The notes beneath the pieces were generated by a model, which saw only the letters and a program-made list of their open reading frames with translations, made no database searches and was not told the origin of the DNA. A program made the position numbers and the translations under genes. This document shows positions 19,721 through 29,426 of a stretch of 64,000 nucleotides of DNA, one piece after another. The number at the start of each line of letters is the position of its first letter. Position 1 is the first letter of the stretch. Source of the stretch: a virus (Duplodnaviria; Caudoviricetes); IMG/VR virus record IMGVR_UViG_3300009161_000021; one strand, given 5' to 3'.

Positions 19721-20090
19721 TTATCCTCGTACTTGAAAGATCTTTGATCCTATCAAAGAATTTTACGTCAACAATTTCGCTTCCGATCACTCTCTTATTT
19801 TGATAGTCCGAACCCACCACTATCAATTTAGCTCCTGACTCTTTGATCCTCTGGATCAACTCTTCATCGCTTGAGAAGCGAACGACCTCATCAACAAACT
19901 TCAACGAGGAGATAACTTTCATCCTCTGCTGCAAGCAATGAATGGGTCTGTTTTCTCCTTTTGACTTTTTCACACGTTCGTCAGTGTCAAGACCTACAAC
20001 AAGTCTGTCGCCCAGGCTGCGAGCGTATTGCAGCATTTCAACATGACCAGCGTGTATGAAATCAAAGCATCCGTTAGTCCAGACGGTCAT
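19701..20090 (-). CDS. RfaE/HldE domain II nucleotidyltransferase (heptose-1-phosphate adenylyltransferase-like)
   Basis: WTNGCFDFIHAGHVEML, LVVGLDTD...KG..RPI, VVGSDY, SSTRII. Start refined to 20090. Confidence 0.88.
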   Translation of the reverse strand: MTVWTNGCFDFIHAGHVEMLQYARSLGDRLVVGLDTDERVKKSKGENRPIHCLQQRMKVISSLKFVDEVVRFSSDEELIQRIKESGAKLIVVGSDYQNKRVIGSEIVDVKFFDRIKDLSSTRIIDENCL

Positions 20091-20838
20091 TTGGCGTTGA
20101 GACTCCTCGCTTCTGAACGACTTTTGTTGCGCAATCATTAGCAAACTTTAAGCATTCTGGAAGATCTTTTCCTGCCAAAATTTGAACTGCAAGAGCTGAG
20201 ATAAACGTGTCACCCGCGCCCGCAACGTCCTTAACGCTTACGCTATCAACGCTGAATTTCTGACATTGAAAAATGCATCCGTCTTTCCCAAGGGTGACAA
20301 TAAGCTTTTTCGAAAGTCTTTCGCTGATAACTGACTTTGTCTTAGAGTACTCGTCTCCGTTTATCTTAACGTATTTGACGTACTCGCACCAGTCACCAAG
20401 AATCTTTTTGCTATCGAGGAGCACGACATTATTCCTGGACGATATCTTGATGATATCGCTTTCCAATAAAAAGCCCTTATTGTAATCTGACAGAATTACA
20501 ACGTCATATTCTGAGACTTTCTCTAGCATCTCATCCGTGATTGCAATCCGACTGAATGCTTTATCATTGCAATCGACTCTAAGAAACATATGATTGGTTC
20601 TATCATCAATGTATCTGGTCTTTGTGATGCTTTCCCAATTTTCATTGGTCCAGATATCGCAATCCACTCCAAGAGAGTTCACATTGCGCTTAACATTCAT
20701 AGCCATCCCTGGATTCTCCGTCCTTGAAACTTCAAGGAACACAGGAGCAGGCGCTTCAGGTGCTAACCTGTTCGAGACTCCATAGACAAAAATGTCCTGG
20801 CAAGATTCACCGACAACCAGAACTTTACGATTAGACAT
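20074..20838 (-). CDS. RfaE/HldE domain I PfkB-family sugar kinase (heptose-7-phosphate kinase-like)
   Basis: VVGESCQD...RLAPEAPAPV, GMAMNV, LSDYNKG, VTLGKDG, DVAGAGDTF. Confidence 0.88.
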   Translation of the reverse strand: MSNRKVLVVGESCQDIFVYGVSNRLAPEAPAPVFLEVSRTENPGMAMNVKRNVNSLGVDCDIWTNENWESITKTRYIDDRTNHMFLRVDCNDKAFSRIAITDEMLEKVSEYDVVILSDYNKGFLLESDIIKISSRNNVVLLDSKKILGDWCEYVKYVKINGDEYSKTKSVISERLSKKLIVTLGKDGCIFQCQKFSVDSVSVKDVAGAGDTFISALAVQILAGKDLPECLKFANDCATKVVQKRGVSTPNDRLD

Positions 20839-20841
20839 CAG

Positions 20842-21858
20842 TTACCTCACAATGAAATTTTCTTCGGAGGATACTCTATCTCTCCAATAGTTGAGCAGAT
20901 CATTCATAGTTTTCTCAAAACTGATCTGCGGCTCCCATCCAGTATGGCTCTTGAACTTACGTGTGTCAGGTATCTGGAGATCGGCGTCAATGGGTCGTAG
21001 CCTCTCAGGATCAACTTCAACTTTGATATCCTTTCGCGTTGAGATGCTAAGAAGATAATCAAGCGTCTGCCTTACCGTGCAAGTGTAAGAACCACCAATA
21101 TTATAGTACTCACCAGCGATCGGATCCTTAGTCACAAGAGTATGATAAGCCCTAACAGCGTCTCTTACGTCTGACCATGTTCTAAGAGAATCAAGGTTAC
21201 CAACTTTTAGAACAGGTGGAATCTTACCTGCCTCAATAAGAGCGATCTGCTTCGCAAATGATGACTCTGCAAAAACGTCACCACGACGAGGACCAGTATG
21301 AGTGAACATCCTTGTTGTCATAACCTTCATACCGTAGGCTTCAGCGTAGAATCTACCGATAAGATCAGTCCCAACTTTGGATATCGCGTAGGGAGAAGCA
21401 GGATGAAAATTAACATCCTCGTGAATCGGTAGCTTCTCAGCAGGAACTCTTCCAAACACCTCGGAGCTTGCGCAAACATGAATCACGGTATTTTCGAGAT
21501 TTGTCTTTGAAACTCTCACAGCTTCAAGCAACGCGCAAGTTCCCATGATGTTAGTCTGAAGCGTCTCCAGCGGAGAATCGAAACTCGTCTTCGGATAACT
21601 CTGGGCTGCCAGGTGAAAGATAAAGTCAGGTTGAACCTTATTCACAAGCGAGATCAAGCTTGCGAAATCATTCAGGTCGGCGTTATGAAGAAAGACACGA
21701 TCTCTCTCGTTGATCCTACTTGCAAGATGATCGATGTTTTTCGTGCTATCAGCCCATCTCGTCATTCCATGAACATCCCAGTCGGTGTTCTCGAGAAGAT
21801 GATCTGCCAGATGAGAACCGACCATGCCCGTTATTCCTGTAATCAATGCTCTTTTCAC
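20842..21858 (-). CDS. gmd: GDP-mannose 4,6-dehydratase
   Basis: ITGITGMVGSHL, FHLAAQSY, ASSEVFG, PASPYAISK, RMFTHTGPRR, VGNLDSLRTWSDVRD, RLRPID. Confidence 0.85.
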   Translation of the reverse strand: MKRALITGITGMVGSHLADHLLENTDWDVHGMTRWADSTKNIDHLASRINERDRVFLHNADLNDFASLISLVNKVQPDFIFHLAAQSYPKTSFDSPLETLQTNIMGTCALLEAVRVSKTNLENTVIHVCASSEVFGRVPAEKLPIHEDVNFHPASPYAISKVGTDLIGRFYAEAYGMKVMTTRMFTHTGPRRGDVFAESSFAKQIALIEAGKIPPVLKVGNLDSLRTWSDVRDAVRAYHTLVTKDPIAGEYYNIGGSYTCTVRQTLDYLLSISTRKDIKVEVDPERLRPIDADLQIPDTRKFKSHTGWEPQISFEKTMNDLLNYWRDRVSSEENFIVR

Positions 21859-21870
21859 GTTGTCTCCAGT

Positions 21871-22602
21871 TCAGACAATTTTAGATGAATTTGGTGAATC
21901 GTAACGATCGAGCAACTCTCTCTTGGCAGTCCATCCAGGCCAGAATGGATCTCCTTCGTTGATATAAACGAAATACATCGTTCGACGCCAGCGGGTCGGA
22001 TGCTGATTCTTATTCGCTTTGTGGATAAGATGACCGTGCACGCAGAGAACGTCTCCTTTCTCGTATTTTAGCTGAAGAACGGGGAGATCCTTTGGAATTT
22101 CACAGTTGTTTCCGATCGGAGCTGAATTATACAGCCTTCCTGATTCGTCAACAGAAAAGTTGGCTTTCGGATTACACGGCAGATCGCCCAGCTTGTGACT
22201 TCCAGGTATGATCATAAGAGAACCGTTCTCTTCGTCAGCGTCGTCAAGAGAAAGCGTTAAATTAAGGTAAGATCCGAACGGAGCTTTACCGGCGTAATTG
22301 TCCTGATGCCAGGTTGAACCGTTTTCCAAAGAGTTGTTAGGCTTGCAGAAGAAAAAGATGCTTCCTATTGGAATCGCTCGATTCTTTAAGATGCTATCTC
22401 CGATATCACACATCTTCTTACCGGTATGAATCTTGCTAAAGACTTCATTCTTGTGCATATCAAGATAGTTCGTGTAGAAACCATTTGCGTGTTTTTCTGA
22501 CGCATCGATGGCTTCCTGACACTCTTCATCTGAAAAGACCTTCTTCAAATGAAGGTAACCGTTTTCTTTAAAGAAGCTGATCTGTGAATCAGTGAGCTGC
22601 AT
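21871..22602 (-). CDS. PhyH-family Fe(II)/2-oxoglutarate dioxygenase
   Basis: FFKENGYL, TWHQDN (HxD), ENGSLMIIPGSH, GDVLCVHGHLIHKA..N...WRR. Confidence 0.88.
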   Translation of the reverse strand: MQLTDSQISFFKENGYLHLKKVFSDEECQEAIDASEKHANGFYTNYLDMHKNEVFSKIHTGKKMCDIGDSILKNRAIPIGSIFFFCKPNNSLENGSTWHQDNYAGKAPFGSYLNLTLSLDDADEENGSLMIIPGSHKLGDLPCNPKANFSVDESGRLYNSAPIGNNCEIPKDLPVLQLKYEKGDVLCVHGHLIHKANKNQHPTRWRRTMYFVYINEGDPFWPGWTAKRELLDRYDSPNSSKIV

Positions 22603-23567
22603 CAGCGTGCCACATTCTTCCTATACCACAGCAACGTTTTGATGATACCCTCATCAAGAGAATGAGACGGAGACCAGCCAAGTACTCTCTTAGCTTTAGA
22701 GCAATCGAGGAAAAGAGAGGTAGGTATCGTGGGCTGTGACAGATCGTGAACAATCTGAAGGTCTCGGCCTGAGTGATCGACAATCTTTCGAACGAGATCC
22801 TTTATCTTGATCCCTTCTCCCAAGCCAACGTTAAACAGCTCGAACTTGCTCTCCTGCTTGTCAATTGCATCATTGACAAATCCAACAAGATCTTCAACAA
22901 AAAGAAGATCCCGAGCTTCCTCGCCAGTCCCCCAAACGTTAATCTTGCCATCCGCAGACGTCATGACCTTGGTCACCGTTGCTCCAAACACATGTGACTT
23001 CTCAAGATCATACTTGTCATGAGGACCGTACATGTTGGAGTGACGAATGACGGTGTGCTTTGTCGACCCAATTCGTGAGTAAAACTCGCACATCTTCTCA
23101 AGATAAACTTTCGTGTTTCCTGCTCCGAAATAGAACGGAAGAATTTCGTCGGAAGGATTGAAGTCATCTTCCTTTATCGCAGTTTCAGACTTCTGATACA
23201 TGATAGTGCAGCTAGGGAACACAAAATGCTCGATCTTCTTCTCGAATGCTTCCCTAAGAAGAAGAGAGTTCATAACAGCGTTGTCTGTTACGTGTATGTA
23301 GGGCTTTGAGACGATGTCCCTCGCTCCCGTTGTGGTAGCTGCAAACTGCAGAACAATATCAACTCCAGACAGAGCGCTTGAAACGTGTTCAGGATTTCTT
23401 AGATCGCAGTTGATCCACTCGACCCCATCGTAACCTTCAACTGCAGGTCTGCGAAAGTGAGTGGCTCTTATGTTGTACTTTCCCTGCTTATAATAGAAAT
23501 CAAGCAGATTTCTTCCAATAAACCCAGTCGCGCCGCAAATCAGTATCTTCTTCTTATTTTCTACCAT
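22602..23567 (-). CDS. NAD(P)-dependent epimerase/reductase (GDP-L-fucose synthase / ColC-like)
   Basis: GATGFIG, RHSNMYGPHDKY...SHV, VWGTGEEARDLLFVED; YxxxK-type YFGAGNTK. Confidence 0.8.
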   Translation of the reverse strand: MVENKKKILICGATGFIGRNLLDFYYKQGKYNIRATHFRRPAVEGYDGVEWINCDLRNPEHVSSALSGVDIVLQFAATTTGARDIVSKPYIHVTDNAVMNSLLLREAFEKKIEHFVFPSCTIMYQKSETAIKEDDFNPSDEILPFYFGAGNTKVYLEKMCEFYSRIGSTKHTVIRHSNMYGPHDKYDLEKSHVFGATVTKVMTSADGKINVWGTGEEARDLLFVEDLVGFVNDAIDKQESKFELFNVGLGEGIKIKDLVRKIVDHSGRDLQIVHDLSQPTIPTSLFLDCSKAKRVLGWSPSHSLDEGIIKTLLWYRKNVAR

Positions 23568-24132
23568 CTAGAATGAGCTCCCGATCTCTTTTTACGAATG
23601 AATCATACACTCTGTCTATCACGAAGTTTATGTCCATTGCGTTTTGTCTGTCGGGAGTAGTTTTTATGTTTGTAGGGTAGACATCGAGAACGTTCAAATT
23701 GTTGTTCTCTGACTTTAAGCTTTGCGAAAATCCTCTTAAACCCCACTTGGTAGCTGAGTACAGGGTCCTATTAGCTTTGATCTCAAGCCCGACCATAGAG
23801 TTGATGTTAATCACGTCCGATAGGTTTGGAAGAAGCTCATATGTCAAGACTACCGGAGCCGTAAGATTAACGGCAATCATGCTCTGAATCTCTGAGAGAT
23901 TGTAATCTTCTAATTTCTTTCCTGGGCATGTGATTGCAGCGTTGTTTACAAGAATTTTGACTCCCTGCGAACGAGCTTCACGTGCTAAAGACTCGACCTC
24001 TTCTATTTTGGAGAGATCGAAATGCTTCCGTCCTTCATGACGAAAAACTTCATGACCCTCTCTTTCGAATTTTGAAGAAAGGTAAACTCCAAGACCTGAG
24101 CTAGCTCCGGTTATAAAAACTTTTGATTTCAT
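23554..24132 (-). CDS. Short-chain dehydrogenase/reductase
   Basis: ITGASSGLG, LVNNAA, ININSMVG, YSATKWGLRGF. Confidence 0.88.
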   Translation of the reverse strand: MKSKVFITGASSGLGVYLSSKFEREGHEVFRHEGRKHFDLSKIEEVESLAREARSQGVKILVNNAAITCPGKKLEDYNLSEIQSMIAVNLTAPVVLTYELLPNLSDVININSMVGLEIKANRTLYSATKWGLRGFSQSLKSENNNLNVLDVYPTNIKTTPDRQNAMDINFVIDRVYDSFVKRDRELILDGRK

Positions 24133-25034
24133 CTCATCAACTCTCTTATTGTTTTTTCGTGATATCCAAAATCTGAACCCGGTCTAAATTCAGCTTTTCT
24201 GATTCCATCACCCCGAAAAACTGGAACCCCATCGATCAACTTCCACTCAAAATCTCTAACAAGAATTAACCTGACATCTATCGATATCTTAGTTGTTAGA
24301 TCTCGTTGTGATCTGTGAGCTGCAGCGTGTATGCATCTCGAATCGAACATCAGAATCGAGTTGTAGATATCGGAAGCTTCGGATGCGTTCTTGTATCCAA
24401 GAGACATGAAGTTCTTATCTCCACTAAAGCAGATCGACTTCCAGATCTCTCTGTCAAACTCAAGCTCCGAAAACCATCTTTTTGATGACTCAAAATTCTG
24501 AACCCAGAAATCTGAACGATCATTGTCAGTAATGCCGAACCAGATATTATACTCTCTGGGGTTGTGACCCAGGAAGCAATCTGAGTGCCAGGCTGGTAAA
24601 CTAAGATTACCTTCCGCACCGGGAGCGTGAAATCTGACCGTTGGTATCTTCTGAAAGAAGAAATCTTCTTTTATCACTTCATCATGAATCCACTTCATGA
24701 ACTGATGATATAGGTTCTCTTGCTCTGCAATAAAATCGAACACGATGTCGGCGATTATAGGACGTGAGTTGTTGTTTTGCCCCACGGTCTGATATTCAAG
24801 ATACTTTTGTTCAATCGTAGAATGTAATTGCCTGAGATCAGAATCAGATGACTCGCAGATTCCTTTGCTAACAAGAAATTTAGCAAGTTCATCGTGGAAT
24901 ATCTTGTTCCAGTGCTTGCTTTTAGAAGTTTGAACGTAAGCTATGTCACTTCCGAAAGTCTTTTGAAAGCTGCTTGTCTTGTCGTACTCGCTCTCTAAAA
25001 ACTCTCTTAGCTTAAGACTTGTTGAGCTTTCCAT
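24129..25034 (-). CDS. StrG-like putative Fe(II)/2OG oxygenase
   Basis: FFFQKIPTVRFHAP, WHSDCFLGH, YNIWFGIT, FDSRCIHAA, ISIDVRL: HxD...H...R double-stranded beta-helix pattern. Confidence 0.6.
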   Translation of the reverse strand: MESSTSLKLREFLESEYDKTSSFQKTFGSDIAYVQTSKSKHWNKIFHDELAKFLVSKGICESSDSDLRQLHSTIEQKYLEYQTVGQNNNSRPIIADIVFDFIAEQENLYHQFMKWIHDEVIKEDFFFQKIPTVRFHAPGAEGNLSLPAWHSDCFLGHNPREYNIWFGITDNDRSDFWVQNFESSKRWFSELEFDREIWKSICFSGDKNFMSLGYKNASEASDIYNSILMFDSRCIHAAAHRSQRDLTTKISIDVRLILVRDFEWKLIDGVPVFRGDGIRKAEFRPGSDFGYHEKTIRELMR

Positions 25035-25898
25035 TTACTCATTCTTCCATCGAACTTTTTCGATTTCTCTAACTTCGCACATGATGTCAGAGTAATGATA
25101 GAAAATATCGTCAGCTACTTTCTTCGCGACAGGTTCAATCATAGAAAAGTTCTCATCAACTGCCCATTTCTTAAAGAACTGGTCACGATTGAGACCGTTG
25201 ACAGTAACTTTCAGAGCGTTCTTGTTGTCAATTAGGTCTTCGTATCTAACTTTTGCTTGAAGAAGTCTAGAGTACCCAAATCTCACGCTAAGGATATGGG
25301 CAAGAGCAGCGCAAAGGAAAACAATATCTGCGCCCTTGTAATCATCATCAAAAAAATCTCGGATTGCCATCCACCATTTCTTAGTGCAGATGGGCAGCAT
25401 TTCATGATAATGATAAATGAGACGAGCTGGATCTCTCAAAATTGGCTTGTTTGCGCCGTTGAACGGGTCCCAAGCGGTCCTGAACTGTGATGTCAAAGCA
25501 TTAAGATTTCTTCCGAGCGGGTTTGTGGTGTGCAACATGAAGATTGCATCGTCAAACGCATCTTTCTTTTTTAGAATTTCAGAGTCCCAATTTCTTGAAA
25601 GTCCCCAAAAATCGTCAGTGACCGCCCAGACAAAGTAGTAATCATTTGACTCGATGAAGTCAAAGAAAGCTCTCATCATGAACGGAGAGTTCGGTCCTGC
25701 GTGTGGTGGATTCACGCAGACCACGTTCGAATATCTTGAGACTACCGATGAATAGAGATCTATCTGATCATCATCAATTAAAGCGAAAATGTCAAAGTTG
25801 TTGATAGAGCTGCAAGTCTCTATCAACATATCAACTGTTTTACCGAAAGATTCAGGGTTGCTCCTGGTCGGAATATAAACAGCTATATCCTTTGACAT
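25035..25898 (-). CDS. GT-A fold (GT2-like) glycosyltransferase
   Basis: AVYIPTRS, FALIDDD, VWAVTDDF; similar to the ORF at 32203-32937. Confidence 0.6.
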   Translation of the reverse strand: MSKDIAVYIPTRSNPESFGKTVDMLIETCSSINNFDIFALIDDDQIDLYSSVVSRYSNVVCVNPPHAGPNSPFMMRAFFDFIESNDYYFVWAVTDDFWGLSRNWDSEILKKKDAFDDAIFMLHTTNPLGRNLNALTSQFRTAWDPFNGANKPILRDPARLIYHYHEMLPICTKKWWMAIRDFFDDDYKGADIVFLCAALAHILSVRFGYSRLLQAKVRYEDLIDNKNALKVTVNGLNRDQFFKKWAVDENFSMIEPVAKKVADDIFYHYSDIMCEVREIEKVRWKNE

Positions 25899-25902
25899 AA
25901 AG

Positions 25903-26871
25903 TCACTTTCTCATTGACTTGAAAGCGTCAACGCTGCTATTGGCAACATTCTGATTCTTGACGTACCATTCGACCGTTTCTTTAATTCCATCTTCGATTG
26001 AGATCTTTGGAAAGAATCCAAGAGAATGAGCTCTAGTCATGTCAAAAACTCGACGAGCATCACCGGTCGGCTTTGTTGTGTCCCAGACAACTTCAACGCC
26101 AGCGATATTAGCGACAGCATCAGCAACCTGCTTTATTGTCACTCCGTCGCCAGACCCAAGGTTGACAGGCTGAGTTATCTTATTCTCGACAACAAAAAGC
26201 ATTCCCTCTGCAACGTCTCGAGCGTGAATGAAGTCTCTAACGGCCGAACCGTCTCCCCACACTTCCATCTTGTCACCCGAAAATGCCTTCCTGATCAGCG
26301 AAGGAACAACCATCGAGCTGTCAGGGTCAAAGTTGTCGTAAGGACCGTAGACGTTAGCAGGACGAACGATGCTGCACTTTCCTGCTCCGTACTGCTTCTC
26401 GTAAGCCTGACACTGAAGCTCTCCCATCCTCTTTGCCCAACCGCCGAACCAATCATTTCTAGACGGTTGAGTCTGCCAAACGTCGTCCTCACGAAGTACC
26501 TCTGCGGGCTGATACACGCCGACGGTGCTAGTGTACAGGTACCAGTCAACTCCTTCATTCATCGCAGCTTCAAGCATATTCGTGTTGAACTGCATCATAG
26601 GGCCCATGATATCAGCAGGTCTCTCTAAACAAACTTTTGGAGAGCACTTGATACCAACAAGATTGAAGACGTAGTTCATGCCCTTAACGATTTTCTTGCA
26701 ATCAGAAAAATCTCGAAGATCCGCTCTAACAAACTCGATGTTGCTCATATCGACCGGGTCCTTGATATCAGCAACCCTTACTTTCGCACCACGCTTCTGA
26801 AGGAGTGAGACAAGCTCTCTCCCAATCATGCCGCTACCACCAGTCACCAGTACATTCTTGTTCTCAAACAT
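25903..26871 (-). CDS. NAD-dependent epimerase (GDP-sugar epimerase/reductase-like)
   Basis: TGGSGMIG, FGGWAKRMGE, VRPANVYGPYDNFD, VWGDGSAVRDFIH, NLGSG. Confidence 0.85.
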   Translation of the reverse strand: MFENKNVLVTGGSGMIGRELVSLLQKRGAKVRVADIKDPVDMSNIEFVRADLRDFSDCKKIVKGMNYVFNLVGIKCSPKVCLERPADIMGPMMQFNTNMLEAAMNEGVDWYLYTSTVGVYQPAEVLREDDVWQTQPSRNDWFGGWAKRMGELQCQAYEKQYGAGKCSIVRPANVYGPYDNFDPDSSMVVPSLIRKAFSGDKMEVWGDGSAVRDFIHARDVAEGMLFVVENKITQPVNLGSGDGVTIKQVADAVANIAGVEVVWDTTKPTGDARRVFDMTRAHSLGFFPKISIEDGIKETVEWYVKNQNVANSSVDAFKSMRK

Positions 26872-28042
26872 TAGAGATCCTCTTGTTTAAAGCTTCACAA
26901 AGCGTCTTGACCCTGCTTGGGTTGACTTCACAGTGATTTCCGATGTATAAACCGAAATCATGGATGTGATCAACATTTTCCATGGGTCCTTCGATCCTAT
27001 GAGAATAATTCTCAAGATACGGTTGACGAGCTTGATTACCGCCGCCTGCCGTTCCTTTTCGATATTCTACTCCAAGAGACTCTAGAGTTCTGCAGATAGC
27101 GTGGAATTTTTCGCTGCTTTTTTCTCTAAGAATCAAAGGAAGAGAAAAATTGCTGCTGCCGGATCTATCAAAATCTGTGAAGAAATGATCCGAATCCAGA
27201 TTGTCAAGCCAAGCATTTAAGTTCTCTGTCCTTGCTTGAATCGCATCATCCAGTCTCTCCAGCTGCTCGAGACCGATTACTGCATTGATCTCAGTTCCTC
27301 TCATGTTGAATCCTGGAACTGCAAAGGTGAAGAGTGGATTTAAGCTGGGGTACTTCTGGGAAAAATGAGACTTTATCTCCTCACTAGAATCTCTTATCAT
27401 CCCGTGGGATCGATAAAGCTTGGCCAGATGATAGAGCTCAGTGTTGTCCGTGCAAATCATCCCCCCCTCTATCGTAGTCATGTGATGACCAAAATAGAAA
27501 GAGAAGTTTGACATATCACCAATTGTTCCGACCTTTCTTTCATTAAAAGTCGCGCCGTGTGACTCACAGCAATCCTCGATAAGCATCAAGTTATGCTCTT
27601 TAGCAATTTCTACGATCTTTTCATTGATGCCGTTGAAACCAAGGGTGTGAACGAGAACAATCGCGCGCGTCTTGTCAGTTATTGCAGCTCTTATTCCATC
27701 CTCAGTAATTGCCATATTCTCCATAGAGACATCGACAAAAACAGGAGTCATTCCGAAATTAACAACCGGCGCAATGTCAGAGACCCATCCAAGAGGCGGA
27801 ACGATAATTTCTCCGTTACCGCACTTATCTCGAATGATGGCAGTCATGATGTAGTTGGCAGAAGCTCCTGAGTTAACAAAAACGCTATGCTTCACGCCGA
27901 GCCACTTCGACCACTTGATCTCGAACTCTTCTACTTTTGCTCCCTGGGTAAGGCGAACATTTGGCTCTGAAAGAAACTTGATCAATGCGAGCTTGTCAGC
28001 TTCAGTCACGTTATCGTTGATCAACGGCCAAGAGTAATTCAT
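26864..28042 (-). CDS. PLP-dependent DegT/DnrJ-family enzyme, ColD-type GDP-4-keto-6-deoxymannose 3-dehydratase
   Basis: VFVNSGASAN, EDCCESHGA, SFYFGHHMTTIEGG (His in place of the Schiff-base Lys), RSHG, GFNMRGTEINAVIG; 392 aa without the RfbH Fe-S Cys insert. Confidence 0.78.
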   Translation of the reverse strand: MNYSWPLINDNVTEADKLALIKFLSEPNVRLTQGAKVEEFEIKWSKWLGVKHSVFVNSGASANYIMTAIIRDKCGNGEIIVPPLGWVSDIAPVVNFGMTPVFVDVSMENMAITEDGIRAAITDKTRAIVLVHTLGFNGINEKIVEIAKEHNLMLIEDCCESHGATFNERKVGTIGDMSNFSFYFGHHMTTIEGGMICTDNTELYHLAKLYRSHGMIRDSSEEIKSHFSQKYPSLNPLFTFAVPGFNMRGTEINAVIGLEQLERLDDAIQARTENLNAWLDNLDSDHFFTDFDRSGSSNFSLPLILREKSSEKFHAICRTLESLGVEYRKGTAGGGNQARQPYLENYSHRIEGPMENVDHIHDFGLYIGNHCEVNPSRVKTLCEALNKRISNV

Positions 28043-28524
28043 TATTTGTCCCTCAACTGTAGTATTGGATTTTCGCTAGGCCAATCTATCGCTATTCTAC
28101 TGTCGTTCCATCTTAAAGTGAATTGATCTGCAACGTCAGGGTACTTTCCTTCATATGACCACTTGTAATAGAAAACAGATTGCTCGCTTAGAGTGTAGAA
28201 GCCGTTTCCGAATCTGGGAGGAACGAGAACCATTCTCTTGTTGTGCTCAGAAAGTATTGTCCAATCCCATTGCAAATATGTTTCTGATTCGGGTCGATTG
28301 TCAACAACCACAAAATAGACTTCTCCGTGAAGACAAGTTATCAGCTTCGTTGATTTATTGTCTCCATGAATTCCACGAAGAACATTCTTTCTAGAAGAAG
28401 AGACTTTGTCATGATTGAAGTTAACCCCAGGACAAGTCTCTCCTTGCTTCCACAGTGTCCACAAATCGCCTCTGTAATCAGAATGAAAATCAGGATTTAT
28501 TACCTTGACTTCTTTGAACTTCAT
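28042..28524 (-). CDS. rmlC: dTDP-4-dehydrorhamnose 3,5-epimerase family protein
   Basis: SDYRG, SRKNVLRGIHGD, KLITCLHGEVYFVVVDNRPES, LVPPRFGNGF, YKWS. Confidence 0.88.
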   Translation of the reverse strand: MKFKEVKVINPDFHSDYRGDLWTLWKQGETCPGVNFNHDKVSSSRKNVLRGIHGDNKSTKLITCLHGEVYFVVVDNRPESETYLQWDWTILSEHNKRMVLVPPRFGNGFYTLSEQSVFYYKWSYEGKYPDVADQFTLRWNDSRIAIDWPSENPILQLRDK

Positions 28525-29426
28525 GATCTCAGAACCGAAAGAGACTTCTCAACAATTCTTTCACAATTCGGAGGAAATACGTCAACGTCCGGGTGGAAAC
28601 CTGCTGTTCTGTTCTCAATGCAAAGAGTGTGAACATCTTTCTTTGAGCTTAACATTAGCTGATGCGCGAGGCTTGAAGCCACCCCCTGCTCATAGTCATC
28701 ATCAAGAACTATCCCACCATACTTTGATCGTAGCAAAGCTTCAATTGACTTTTCCTTTGAGGAAAAGGGCTTAATCCACATCTGGTGGACAATATTCACT
28801 TTGTAGCCCAATTTCTCAAGAGCAGCTCTAGCTTCTTCAGCTGCGAATCGAGTGACTGAAATTGGGAGAAGCGTAATGTCTGCATCCTCATGAATGAAAT
28901 CTTCCAGCTCTCGAGTGTTGTCATAACTCTTTCTATGCTCGGAAACGTAATAAGGAACATCATCATTCATGAAGCTCTCATACACGCTCTCGTACTCATT
29001 CGGAGTCATAGGAGCAGCGATCTTAAGACCAGGCATCCTATCATACAGAGAATGATGGGAAGAACCAGCTACGGGTCCGACTCCACCTTCCATGGCGATG
29101 CTTCTTACGAAGATTGGGCAAGGAATTCCCCAAATATCGTTTGACTTTGCAGCGTAGTTGATAATAGACGGAGCGTTGTACCACTGAAAGCCTTGATATC
29201 GAACAACGTAGATCGGTCTTTCTCCAGCTAATGCGATTCCTGTGGCTATCGCTCCGCCAGCAACATCGGCCATAGAAAACTCGACCATTCCGTCTTCTTC
29301 ATAAAGCTCAGGCAAAGTTCCACCCACCCAACCAACTGCAGTGAGGCACTGCCCGAAGCATCTACCACCCTTCTCAAGGTGTGAACGAGTCAAGCTCTTT
29401 ATCGTCTCTCTAACCGTTCTTGCCAT
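28521..29426 (-). CDS. ThDP-dependent enzyme, E1-beta/transketolase C-terminal-like subunit
   Basis: EFSMADVA..IATGIALAGERP, AGSSH, PGLKIAAPMTP, YVSEHR. Confidence 0.8.
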   Translation of the reverse strand: MARTVRETIKSLTRSHLEKGGRCFGQCLTAVGWVGGTLPELYEEDGMVEFSMADVAGGAIATGIALAGERPIYVVRYQGFQWYNAPSIINYAAKSNDIWGIPCPIFVRSIAMEGGVGPVAGSSHHSLYDRMPGLKIAAPMTPNEYESVYESFMNDDVPYYVSEHRKSYDNTRELEDFIHEDADITLLPISVTRFAAEEARAALEKLGYKVNIVHQMWIKPFSSKEKSIEALLRSKYGGIVLDDDYEQGVASSLAHQLMLSSKKDVHTLCIENRTAGFHPDVDVFPPNCERIVEKSLSVLRS

